A stretch of DNA of 63,190 nt, filler included, from Stramenopiles sp. TOSAG23-2 (taxonomy: Eukaryota), in the NCBI GenBank assembly GCA_900128395.1. It is 8 parts of 8 records of this genome, joined end to end, with 100 filler letters (N's around TTAATTAATTAA, not from the genome) between each part and the next. Parts side by side here need not be neighbours in the genome. Positions count along the whole stretch, not along the records: positions 26,706 to 53,296 come from LT649432.1; positions 53,397 to 54,947 come from LT652695.1; positions 55,048 to 56,598 come from LT652696.1; positions 56,699 to 58,247 come from LT652697.1; 4 more parts are not named here. One strand, given 5' to 3'. Below, piece after piece: positions 47,677 to 57,014 of this stretch. The notes under the pieces were generated by a model that was not told the origin of the DNA, ran no database searches, and saw only the letters and a list, made by a program, of their open reading frames with translations. The position numbers were made by a program, and so were the translations under genes. The first letter of the stretch is position 1; the number at the start of each line of letters is the position of its first letter.

Positions 47677-47910
47677 TTATTTACCCACCACACCTCGAGG
47701 GTTTTCCACTGTTTGCTTTGGCACCATACCGGGTTTGAGTCTTACAATCCACTCCATAACATTCACATTATCACGCTCAGCCAAAGCTGCCCCCTGTGTT
47801 GGATTCAAACCTTTTTTATTGGTTCTATTAATATCCGCTTGTGCACCGTGATTATAAAGATATTTCATAATATCCAAATAACCTCCCACCGCCGCGTTTT
47901 GTAAACATGT
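47677..47910 (-). pseudogene. 5'-truncated ankyrin-repeat fragment
   Basis: Open frame TCLQNAAVGGYLDIMKYLYNHGAQADINRTNKKGLNP... fits the ankyrin consensus; directly preceded by an in-frame TAA, with no ATG ahead of the repeat. Confidence 0.65.
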
Positions 47911-47940
47911 TTAGCATGTGAATAGTATTAAAATGTTAAG

Positions 47941-48082
47941 TGTAAAGCTTTTTAAAAAGATTATAAAAACATATAAACAAATTATATTTATACAATTGGA
48001 AATATCCCAGAAACCTTTACACCTTTACAACAATGCTGTCGCATGCTAATCGAGCTTTACATACCTTTACAAAACCTTTACA
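47941..48082. repeat. Cluster of A[C/G]CTTTACA 9-mers next to an AT-rich tract
   Basis: Copies at 48013, 48021, 48053, 48063 and 48074; inverted tgtaaagct at 47941. Confidence 0.75.
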
Positions 48083-48172
48083 CCCAAACCCGTCATAGGG
48101 ATCCTAAACCGCGGTTTGGAGTACATAAAAATGGTAATCTCTCCGAGTACATAGAACTCTCATTCCTTGTAC

Positions 48173-48973
48173 TCAATCCAAATATTGCGCAATATCGGTA
48201 CCATCACTAAAGATATAGGTGTTGGTCGTTGTGATCGAAACATGACCCAAACGATCCCTACACGCGGCGAGAGGCGCCCCTGCTGCAAGTAAATGCGAGC
48301 AATGAGCGTGTCGCATCCAATGGCACGATACTTGTGTGTACCCAACGCGATTACAGATTCGTTTCATCATTTTGTGGATCCCTGACTTGGATATGGGACC
48401 GCCAAACCGTCCTTTGAAAATAAACCCGTTTGGGATGGCATCCAATAGTGGTTTGATATATATCGATTTGGACTTGGATAACGGCACGGTTCGCGTTTTA
48501 TTACCTTTTCCCGTTACTGTAAAGTGAAAACAACCTTGTTTATCAACAATATCGCGTTTTTTTAGCAGACGAACCTCGTCTTTGCGGACCCCTAGATAAT
48601 ACAATAATGTAACAAGTACACGCTCGCTGTTTGTACTTGCAGCTCGTATCAATTCTTGAACACCTTCCCTATTCATTTCGCGTTTTACCTTAATTGGTGT
48701 TTTCTTGGGCACCTGTAATACTCTACCTACATTTTCTTGAATATACCCATTGTTAAACATGAATTTGAACAGTGATTTCACACACGCAATCCTCCTACGC
48801 GCGCCTGGAGCGTGTTTGGTATCCTTTTGGTAGGTTTTAAGCTGTTGAAGGGTCATCCCTCGTATATCGTTGACCCCCATATACTGCTGAAAGGAGCGGA
48901 TATCGCAACGATAGCAATACCTTGTCTCCGCGGAACCAAATTGGTTGATAAATTCGTTCAAAATGCTCTGCAT
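48173..48973 (-). CDS. XerC/D-like tyrosine recombinase/integrase (266 aa)
   Basis: Core-binding-like N-terminus (SAETRYCY..DI..F, VKSLFKFM) and complete catalytic set: GVRKDE (R), GKGNK (K), HWMRH (H-x-x-R), LGH (H), TTNTY (Y). Intronless. Confidence 0.93.
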   Translation of the reverse strand: MQSILNEFINQFGSAETRYCYRCDIRSFQQYMGVNDIRGMTLQQLKTYQKDTKHAPGARRRIACVKSLFKFMFNNGYIQENVGRVLQVPKKTPIKVKREMNREGVQELIRAASTNSERVLVTLLYYLGVRKDEVRLLKKRDIVDKQGCFHFTVTGKGNKTRTVPLSKSKSIYIKPLLDAIPNGFIFKGRFGGPISKSGIHKMMKRICNRVGYTQVSCHWMRHAHCSHLLAAGAPLAACRDRLGHVSITTTNTYIFSDGTDIAQYLD

Positions 48974-49148
48974 AAATCGTAAAAACTATGATTTCGCGTT
49001 CTTTGGGTTTTCTACAGCGTTTGACCAAGTTACAGCGTCCAAAGGCTTCTAGATAAAGAATATTGTTGTTTTCGTAAGTTTAAAAATGGACATCCACTTG
49101 TATATGTTAGCATATGTGTGTATATCTGCGTGATGGGAGCGTGGTGGA

Positions 49149-49359
49149 CCTATCAAAATACATTTAAGGGGTTTGACCCGTAACATTTTATTCCCAGGCG
49201 TGTGAGCATCCTAAACGGTTTGGGGTGCTGTGACCGTGCTAGAGATCCGCTACTCACACTGTCACGATCCTTTAGTTTATTTGATAGGCGAGGTTTTCAC
49301 ACTTGCACGTCTCATGTGCCAGTGTGTGTAAAATGGCCGGCCCATTTCTACTTATAGAA
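49149..49359 (+). ncRNA. Predicted nested rod-like structured RNA or ssDNA plus terminal hairpins (right end of YR island)
   Basis: Nested stems 49149-49160/49278-49288, 49165-49172/49267-49274 (two G.U), 49174-49177/49261-49264, 49200-49206/49253-49259; inner hairpin catcctaaa-cgg-tttggggtg; hairpins at 49298-49326 and 49331-49347. Confidence 0.5.
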
Positions 49360-49766
49360 CTTACAGTGTAGACAAAGTACAAGATTGTAGCTAACTGGAT
49401 GTATTATACTTAGATCTACTGTATGCTGTATGTATATCGGCACCTGTATATAGGACAGACAGTACAGACAGAGTATACGTATACTTTATGCCATATATAT
49501 TTTATAATATGTGGACATAGAGAGATACTATATATATATATATAATTGAAATCATGTCATAGATGTAATAAATGCATAAATGATAAGCCTTTTTACAAGG
49601 TAATAAAAACGATTTGGTTAATCAATTATAATAAATAACAAACATTCAATGCACCGTTCAACAACATATATCACTAAAACTGCTTTAGAACACCATATAT
49701 TTTGTATGATACGATAAAATGAAATTCATAAATGTATGGGCAATATTATTAATATCAATAGCAATA

Positions 49767-50177
49767 TCAGTCAATGCTGATATAACAAAATTTGTCGCGC
49801 CTTGTAATGCTTTCTTCGGCAGACAATTTTGATAAATGATGTAAATGCCGACGATGTCGATGAAGGTTTTGTCTTTTCTTTCTTTTCATTTCTTTCCTCC
49901 AGAAGTAATAATCACTATCCTTGTTTTGATGATGGTGATCATGCAATTCATATGTATCGGAAATTTCTGAATCGTCATCACTATCATCTTCAACAATATT
50001 ATGCAGAGATGATGTCTTTCTTACAATTGCTATTGCTCTGAGTAAATATTCTGTACAACTAGTTGGAAAAGAATGATGATATTCTGGAATAAAATTAGGT
50101 AGAGGTGCTGGTGATAATTCTAATGATTCAAACAAAATATTTGATACTAAAGAGAATGTTTCCTTTATGAATAGCAA
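49767..50177 (-). CDS. Hypothetical small protein or gene fragment
   Basis: 136-codon frame with host-like low-complexity runs, but no ATG near its 5' end and no recognisable domain. Confidence 0.25.
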   Translation of the reverse strand: MLFIKETFSLVSNILFESLELSPAPLPNFIPEYHHSFPTSCTEYLLRAIAIVRKTSSLHNIVEDDSDDDSEISDTYELHDHHHQNKDSDYYFWRKEMKRKKRQNLHRHRRHLHHLSKLSAEESITRRDKFCYISID

Positions 50178-50706
50178 TATACATTGTAGTTTTGTAAGGA
50201 ATAATTCTCATGTTTTTTTGTGAATTCTCATATTATAATATTATTTTGAGGTATAACGGTTTTTCAATAGATAGGAAAAATATACTAATTATATACTACA
50301 TATATGTACTTTTATTGCACATAAATATTTAAGAACTTATTTATCCTTATTTAAACCAATATTTGCACCTTAGAGAGATCCCAGAGAAATCACGAGATCT
50401 AAAAAGCTTATGTGGCGAGAAGCACCACATATATATAATAATATGTCACATTATTGAAATTATTCCTGAATAATAATAATTTCAATAATAATAAATATAA
50501 TATAATTCTAATAATATAATGAACAACATATAATTTCGAAATAATATTATTATGTACCGACCTGATATGTTACAACAACGAATTCAATCATAAAATAGAA
50601 ATGCATTTATAAACATATTCAATAAAACATCGTGATATCATAGAAGCAAGGGAGAATATCAGAGCCAGCAATATAGTAATTATAATAATTACAAAAAAAA
50701 TACATT

Positions 50707-52242
50707 ATGTCGAACGTGGACCCGTTAACATTGTTTCAAAATAGTAATAATATTGAAGGATTACAATCTAGAAATAAAAATAATTTCAAGAGTCAAAAAC
50801 GGCCAAGGGGGGAATATGATCAAGATAAAAATATTGATGTAGAGAAAGAATCTAATAAAAAAATGAGAAAAGAATGGAAAAAGAAAAGAAAAAAGTTAGA
50901 AAAAAAGTTGAAAAAACGTGCTAAGAAAAAAGCTAAAAAAGAGAAAAAGAAGGCTAAGAAAAAGGCAAAAAAATTGAAAAAGAAACGTCGCAGTAAAACC
51001 AATTCCTCCTCCTCTTCTTCCTCGTCCTCATCTGAACCCGATGATGGCATATCCGATGAAGAAGAAGAAATTTATGTAGGGAAATGGGATGAAAATGTAT
51101 TTAATGTGACTGTTTTGGATATATTGAAAAAGAATATCAGAATGCATGGCGCACTGCAACAAGTTTTTGGTGCATTGGATGCTGGACAAGGCATTGTGCT
51201 TGGTGGAATCGAAAATGCGGATGTCAAAAATACACTGCAACATGTTTTCAATGTCTTACCAATTGTAAAACATCTTAATGGTGAACAATCTTTGTATAGA
51301 AAATCAGACATTAATTTGAAGTCATTGCTCCAGAAACTATATGAACAAATTCAAAAAATGAAAGCAGATAATCTTATGCAAAATTATAATGTCGATACGA
51401 AGAATCAAACAATAAAGAAGAATAATTATAATAATAACAATAATAATAATACATCCTCATCGACTATAATCTCTAGTAATAATGACGTAGATCAAATAAA
51501 TCAAGAAATAAGCAGTAGCGATGATGATGATTTTGGGCCACAAATCGCAAATTCATCGAAGGTGCGAGGGGCACATCGTGATTTCACCGAGGATGAAATA
51601 ATGCGTACTAAAAAATATTCTAAATCAAAAAGTCAATCAAACACATCAAACACTGTTGGAAAGTCCAAACGTGGAGATTGGATGACACAATTACCGGAAG
51701 GTCGAAACATTTTCACTCAAATGCAAGCAAGTACTGGTCCGAGAAAATTTTTGAAGACAAGCGTTGATCGGAAATTAGCATCGGATGGTGGCATAAATTT
51801 ATGGACTGCGACACCAGAGCAGCGATTAAAGATACAAAGAGATAAAGCAAATAAAAAGTTATTAGGCTATGACAGTAATTTCAATACTACAAATAACAAC
51901 AAACAAGTAACCAGTGGAGGAATTGTTGGAAAAATAAATTTACCACAATCAACGAATAGTCGTAAAAATATTGTTATACGACAACCTGTACAAAATAATA
52001 ATGATGGAACTCCAACATTATCATTATTAGAGGATCATCGTTTGAGGAACCAAAGTAAAAACAACAAGAACGGGTATGATGGAAAAAAAGGCGATGATAC
52101 TAGAAAGCGTAATGAACAGGAACAGAATGGTTCTTGGAGGGAAAGGGAATTACTTCAAGGAGCAGTTGATAAATCGCATTTAAAAAGTATTATAAGTGGA
52201 GCAAAAAATATGACTAATCGATTTTCATCTGGGAAAATGTAA
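50707..52242 (+). CDS. GPALPP1/DUF3752-like protein
   Basis: DDDDFGP, RGDWMTQLP, LWTATPEQR, SLLEDH, WRERELL and terminal NRFSSG match the DUF3752 pattern; Lys-rich N-terminus. Confidence 0.75.
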   Translation: MSNVDPLTLFQNSNNIEGLQSRNKNNFKSQKRPRGEYDQDKNIDVEKESNKKMRKEWKKKRKKLEKKLKKRAKKKAKKEKKKAKKKAKKLKKKRRSKTNSSSSSSSSSSEPDDGISDEEEEIYVGKWDENVFNVTVLDILKKNIRMHGALQQVFGALDAGQGIVLGGIENADVKNTLQHVFNVLPIVKHLNGEQSLYRKSDINLKSLLQKLYEQIQKMKADNLMQNYNVDTKNQTIKKNNYNNNNNNNTSSSTIISSNNDVDQINQEISSSDDDDFGPQIANSSKVRGAHRDFTEDEIMRTKKYSKSKSQSNTSNTVGKSKRGDWMTQLPEGRNIFTQMQASTGPRKFLKTSVDRKLASDGGINLWTATPEQRLKIQRDKANKKLLGYDSNFNTTNNNKQVTSGGIVGKINLPQSTNSRKNIVIRQPVQNNNDGTPTLSLLEDHRLRNQSKNNKNGYDGKKGDDTRKRNEQEQNGSWRERELLQGAVDKSHLKSIISGAKNMTNRFSSGKM

Positions 52243-52487
52243 ACAAAAGAAGAACTGCACGCGAGATATTCCGCTTAAAATTTTTAAGCGCACCTGTGTG
52301 TGTGTGATTGCAGAGTGTGTAAAAATATGAAGCGTACATAGTAATTTATATTTTATAAAATAATAAAAATACACTCTTTTGCAAAAGTGAAATTTTCAAC
52401 AAGACTCTCTCCATCTCGGTTTAGACTCTTTCGTATATGTGTTTTTCTCTTACTCATATATGTTATATCATATCATATATAATATAA

Positions 52488-52640
52488 TTTAATTTACGCA
52501 TAATTTATTTTTAATTTACTCATGATAATTCCTACTCTTCAAAAGAATAAAATAACTGAAATAATCTATCTCACACAAGTGTGTTGATATTCTCATAATC
52601 GAAAATACCAATGAAGGTAAATAGATAGTATCAACTACTC
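52488..52640 (-). repeat. Repeat family A copy
   Basis: gcataatttattttttaatttactcatgataattcctactc...ctatctcac...ataccaatgaaggtaaatagat. Confidence 0.8.
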
Positions 52641-52821
52641 ATAATAGCTGATGGAAAATGGGCATCATAGGAAGGCGGAGAATAAATATAAATATATCAT
52701 ATGACCCACCGGCGATAAGATCCGTACGATTTGGGTAAATACCTTAATATTAATAGGGGGTATCCCTTGATATTACCGATATTTTCGTATACTAATTACC
52801 TATTATTTAGTATAACATGTG

Positions 52822-53295
52822 TTTTACTCCCTTTTCCTGTACTCAAAGACCCAAGAAGATTACCAGCACCTATCCAATACTGTAAAAAATAACCAAAAAA
52901 TTTCTTCTGCTAAATTTTTTACGTAAATTTTATTTTTGTCCAAAAAAATTTCACGAGATGATTTTTAACATGCCAGGTTATGCAATCTGAGACAAGGCGA
53001 GACAAAATGCAATCACACGAGCAATGAAAAAGTTTTGGGAAGTCACAAGAAAAAAATATTTTTTTTTTTGGAACTGGTGGTCCATGCGCATCCTTGTGAA
53101 ATAAAATTTTTTCCATTTTCAGTTTTTCCGACCTACACACTGCATAACCTGGAATAAGAGCTTTTCTATACTCGAACCTCAGGTTCAGACGACACCAGGA
53201 AGTGGATTTATTTAGCAGAAGAAATTTTTTGGTTCCATTTTACAGTGTCTACTAAATTTCCGTAGACTTTGAGTACAGGAAAAGGGTAGTAAAAA
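52822..53295. mobile_element. Non-autonomous TIR element (MITE), TA-flanked, Tc1/mariner/Stowaway-like ends
   Basis: ttttactcccttttcctgtactcaaag vs ctttgagtacaggaaaagggtagtaaaa, plus an inner inverted block actgtaaaa..aaccaaaaaatttcttctgctaaat (52879-52915 vs 53210-53246); no convincing ORF. Confidence 0.75.
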
Positions 53296-53296
53296 T

Positions 53297-53396
53297 NNNN
53301 NNNNNNNNNNNNNNNNNNNNNNNNNNNNNNNNNNNNNNNNTTAATTAATTAANNNNNNNNNNNNNNNNNNNNNNNNNNNNNNNNNNNNNNNNNNNN
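53297..53396. other. Artificial contig linker; identical linkers at 54948-55047, 56599-56698, 58248-58347, 59896-59995, 61544-61643
   Basis: Same N44-TTAATTAATTAA-N44 layout; the contigs that follow are 1551, 1551, 1549, 1548, 1548 and 1547 nt, i.e. length-sorted. Confidence 0.97.
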
Positions 53397-53451
53397 TTAT
53401 ATACTTCTTTTTATCAATTTGGGAATATAAATTATAAATTAAATATCCAAA

Positions 53452-54947
53452 ATGAATAATAATAATAATAATACATTTAATAACGGAACGGTATCCCCTT
53501 CATCAGTTGGTATAAATTCTTTCATTGATACTTTTTGTGCCGTGAATCAATATTCATCGCTAGGAAACGAAGAATCACGTGGTATTTCATTTTCATTGGA
53601 AAAATTTACGCCATGTTTTAATGATTTGATTGTTATTGGAGGTAGTGATATCTTTGTTATTATTTTTGGCATTGTTCGTTTGTATTATTTATATTCAAAC
53701 AAATTTAAAAAATATAAAATGAAACAGCCAACAAAAACTTTCCAAATTTTAAAAATTGTTTTATCGTTTATCGCAGCAATGGTATCATTAGTGCAATTGA
53801 GTGGTCGTATTGGTGCTACAGAGCAGACGCTTGCGCCATATGAATACGTTTCATTTGCACTTAGTTTATTTGCATTTCTATTTTTAGGTATTTTATATTT
53901 AATTGAATTGCAACAAATTGAATTAAGGGGTGCATGGATGTTGAATTTTGTTGTACTCCTTGAACTAGCAGGCCACACCGTGAAGTTGTATTATTTAATA
54001 GAATTGCTGGAAAAGAAAAGTAATAATACATCTGCTACTATTTATTTTACTGGTGTATTTATCTTGAAATACATTTGCGTTGCTGTTTTAGGATTACTTG
54101 CATTGTGTTACATTCCATCTGATAAACAATTTACAGAAATTTTCAATTTGGATGGAAATCGTTTAACCGAGGCAAATAATGAGAATGATTTACTTGTTGA
54201 TGATGAAGGTTTTACGAAGCATGTATGTCCAGAACAAAATGCAAATATTTGTTCCCGTTTGACATTTAAATGGATGGGCCCATTAATGAAACTTGGGCAT
54301 GAAAGGCCTTTAGAAAAAGAAGATGTATGGATGCTACCACAAAAACAATCTGCGCAAGTATTACAAGATGCATTTTTAAGAAATTGGAAATATGAGCAAC
54401 AATTTACAGAAAAACCATCATTATTCCGTGCATTGCGAAAAACATATATTAAACCATTTATTGTAGCTGGTTTTTTTAAGATTTTTAATGATGCCTCTCA
54501 ATTTGTTGGGCCATTGTTTATCGGATTGTTCATACAATTTATTGCAAGTCAAAGTACAGATACACCTATGCCCCAATCATTGGGTTATGTTTATTCTTTT
54601 TGTATTTTTGGTGGCCAATTAATTGGTGCATTAGCGGAAAATCAATATTTTCAAACAATTATGACAACTGGTCTCAATGTAAGATCGGTTTTGATATCCT
54701 CTATATTTAAAATTGCTTTGACATTAAGTGCAAAAGGTCGACATGGTAGAAGCGCTGGAAAAATGGTAAATTTAATGAGTAGCGATGCGGAAGGGTTGCA
54801 ATCCGCTGTTCAAGGGTTATGGAATGCATGGGTACGTAAAAGTCTATTTCCCTAAACCTAAAAAAAAGTATCCTCTCTAACACACATCACCTCCACAGTC
54901 TGCGCCTATACGTATCATTGTAGCACTTATATTATTATATAGCCAAC
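53452..54947 (+). CDS. Second ABCC/MRP transporter, long form with TMD0; 3'-partial; intron 54832-54898
   Basis: TPCFND, CPEQNANICSRLTFKWMGPLMKLG.ERPL.KEDVW, FKIFNDASQFVGP, ENQYFQ, GKMVNLMSSDAE; after splicing WSAPIRIIVALILLYSQ. Confidence 0.92.
54832..54898 (+). mobile_element. Spliceosomal intron, Introner-like family copy 3 (67 nt, phase 0)
   Basis: gtacgtaaaagtctatttccctaaacctaa...tatcctctctaacacacatcacctccacag; removal restores the conserved W-SAP motif. Confidence 0.8.
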
Positions 54948-55113
54948 NNNNNNNNNNNNNNNNNNNNNNNNNNNNNNNNNNNNNNNNNNNNTTAATTAAT
55001 TAANNNNNNNNNNNNNNNNNNNNNNNNNNNNNNNNNNNNNNNNNNNNCACTAAACATTTTGTCTAAGGCAACAGCTGTAAAAATAAAAAGAAAAAAAAAC
55101 CAAGTCATCATCC

Positions 55114-56400
55114 TTGTTGCTTCAACTTAATAGAATTCTACTTGAACAAAGTGAAAAAGTAGATGATGACCCTGCGGAAGATACAGATGATGATGAAGAA
55201 AAACTTACAAATAGTGAAAGTAACTCCACAGCAAATGAGCCTTCACCACTATGTGCAACACAGTGTATTATTTCTTGTAATTCAAAGTGGCATAATATTC
55301 ATAGTTGTTTCAAAACCAAATGGGGTTGTTTCCAAGGTTGTGATCGAGCTTGTAAAGGAGATGCAACTTGTCCAAATAAATGTATGGCACAGTTGGATTG
55401 GGAAAGATGCACCCGTGAAGCATGTAAATTGGGTTGTTTTCTAGGTTCGTCTGTCGAAGCTCGATTTCCTTTAGCTACCGAAGATGGTCCTAACGATCCA
55501 ATAATTGACGATCCAATTCCAGGTCCAACACCAAATGGACCAAGCCCTTCACCGAATGATGATCCATCGCCAGGACCAACGCCAAATGATCCAGAACCTA
55601 CTCCGGGACCAACGCCAAGTGGACCAACGCCAAGTGGCCCAACACCAAGTCCGGGACCACGAAGCTGTACTGAAGATGGTATTGTTTGTATGAAGGATGA
55701 TCAAAAACAAGTCAAAGAATGTATTTTAAACCAAGGCAATATAAAGCAAGTCAGACCTCCAAATCCAAATTCGAAATCGAGGCAAATTCAATGTTGTGGA
55801 GTGGAAGAGTGTATGGAGGAATACAATCCCCCAACACCTGGACCAACGCCAAGCAATGGTCCAAGTCCATCTAACGGCCCTACACCAAGTGATGGACCTA
55901 CACCGAGTGATGAACCTACGCCATCTAATGGCCCAAGTCCAGGACCAAGTGAAGATCCTGATCCATCGGGTGCAAGTGGTGGAGAAGATACAGGGCCATC
56001 TGGTAACACAGGACCAAGTGGTGGTGAAGATGAGAAATGTGAACCTGAATGTTTAATGCAGCATGCGAAGACGTTATATGAATGTTTCCAGGATGATTAT
56101 CCATTATATCAAGAAAAAATCAGCAAAATGTTTAAATTACCAAATACAAAAACGGCCGAAGCAAATACAGATCTACTAAACGCGTGGAAAAAATGTAGTG
56201 AATCCCCTTCTACATATTGCGAAGGGTTGGAACCGGGAGACATGGAGGAAAACTGCAAAAAGTGGGAGGCACAACAAAATGAAGAGAAACATAAACAAGA
56301 AAAGCATATTAGAAATAGTCAATTAATTGCTTCTTCAGAGGAAAAAAAAAAGAAGAGTGACGGACAGTATCAAGCATTACGTATAAACAAAAAAATATAA
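55114..56400 (+). CDS. Cys-rich, PTPS/GP-repeat surface or secreted protein (probably 5'-partial)
   Basis: CxxxC-type blocks alternate with GPTPS/GPSPS mucin-like linkers; start not resolved near the contig edge. Confidence 0.65.
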   Translation: MLLQLNRILLEQSEKVDDDPAEDTDDDEEKLTNSESNSTANEPSPLCATQCIISCNSKWHNIHSCFKTKWGCFQGCDRACKGDATCPNKCMAQLDWERCTREACKLGCFLGSSVEARFPLATEDGPNDPIIDDPIPGPTPNGPSPSPNDDPSPGPTPNDPEPTPGPTPSGPTPSGPTPSPGPRSCTEDGIVCMKDDQKQVKECILNQGNIKQVRPPNPNSKSRQIQCCGVEECMEEYNPPTPGPTPSNGPSPSNGPTPSDGPTPSDEPTPSNGPSPGPSEDPDPSGASGGEDTGPSGNTGPSGGEDEKCEPECLMQHAKTLYECFQDDYPLYQEKISKMFKLPNTKTAEANTDLLNAWKKCSESPSTYCEGLEPGDMEENCKKWEAQQNEEKHKQEKHIRNSQLIASSEEKKKKSDGQYQALRINKKI

Positions 56401-57014
56401 AGAAAACAGTATATGACCCACGGCAGATAAAATCAGTATTCATACCGCGATTTTGGAAAAAACACTAAAAAATGATATATGAAATTTCCTATATAAAAAA
56501 TTCTCTTATATTTATAAAGTTAAAGATTTTATTTTACTCATAATGTGTTATATTCACTATATATGTGTAATTACCAGAAATAATTAATACTATTACCTNN
56601 NNNNNNNNNNNNNNNNNNNNNNNNNNNNNNNNNNNNNNNNNNTTAATTAATTAANNNNNNNNNNNNNNNNNNNNNNNNNNNNNNNNNNNNNNNNNNNNTG
56701 AGGAAGGATATTTTCCAAGTGAATTACATCGATCTGGGATATTACAATGATATATGTATCATAATTAATTACGCACACACAACACATCACACAACACGAA
56801 TTACAACACACATTCTAATGTTAACCAGTTCCCATCAACCACAAAACTTATATACATTTTTTTATACCCACATCACCACAAAGATTACGAAATTCGCGTT
56901 TAAAAAAACAAAAATATTTCCTTTAATGAGAGATGATATAATGTGAGAAATACTACGACTTCGTAAAAAGCTACGAAGTAAAACTTAAGATTTTTAAATA
57001 TTACACACATTTTT

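Larger units (their letters stand above)
47221..49360. mobile_element. Candidate tyrosine-recombinase mobile element (about 2.1 kb; boundaries approximate)
   Basis: Visibly GC-richer island between host genes; contains an intact YR ORF, folded terminal regions, palindromic repeats and an ankyrin fragment. No clear TSD or TIR found. Confidence 0.7.

Noticed and set aside
47221-49360. Integron (IntI plus attC)
   Set aside because: The recombinase is short and lacks the IntI-specific insertion; the folds lack canonical RYYYAAC...GTTRRRY ends; no cassette array.
50208-50231. In-frame TGA after ATG 50231 as selenocysteine or readthrough
   Set aside because: No selenoprotein-like context or SECIS seen; adjacent to an A7 run and a local atgagaatt duplication, so error or non-coding sequence is more likely.
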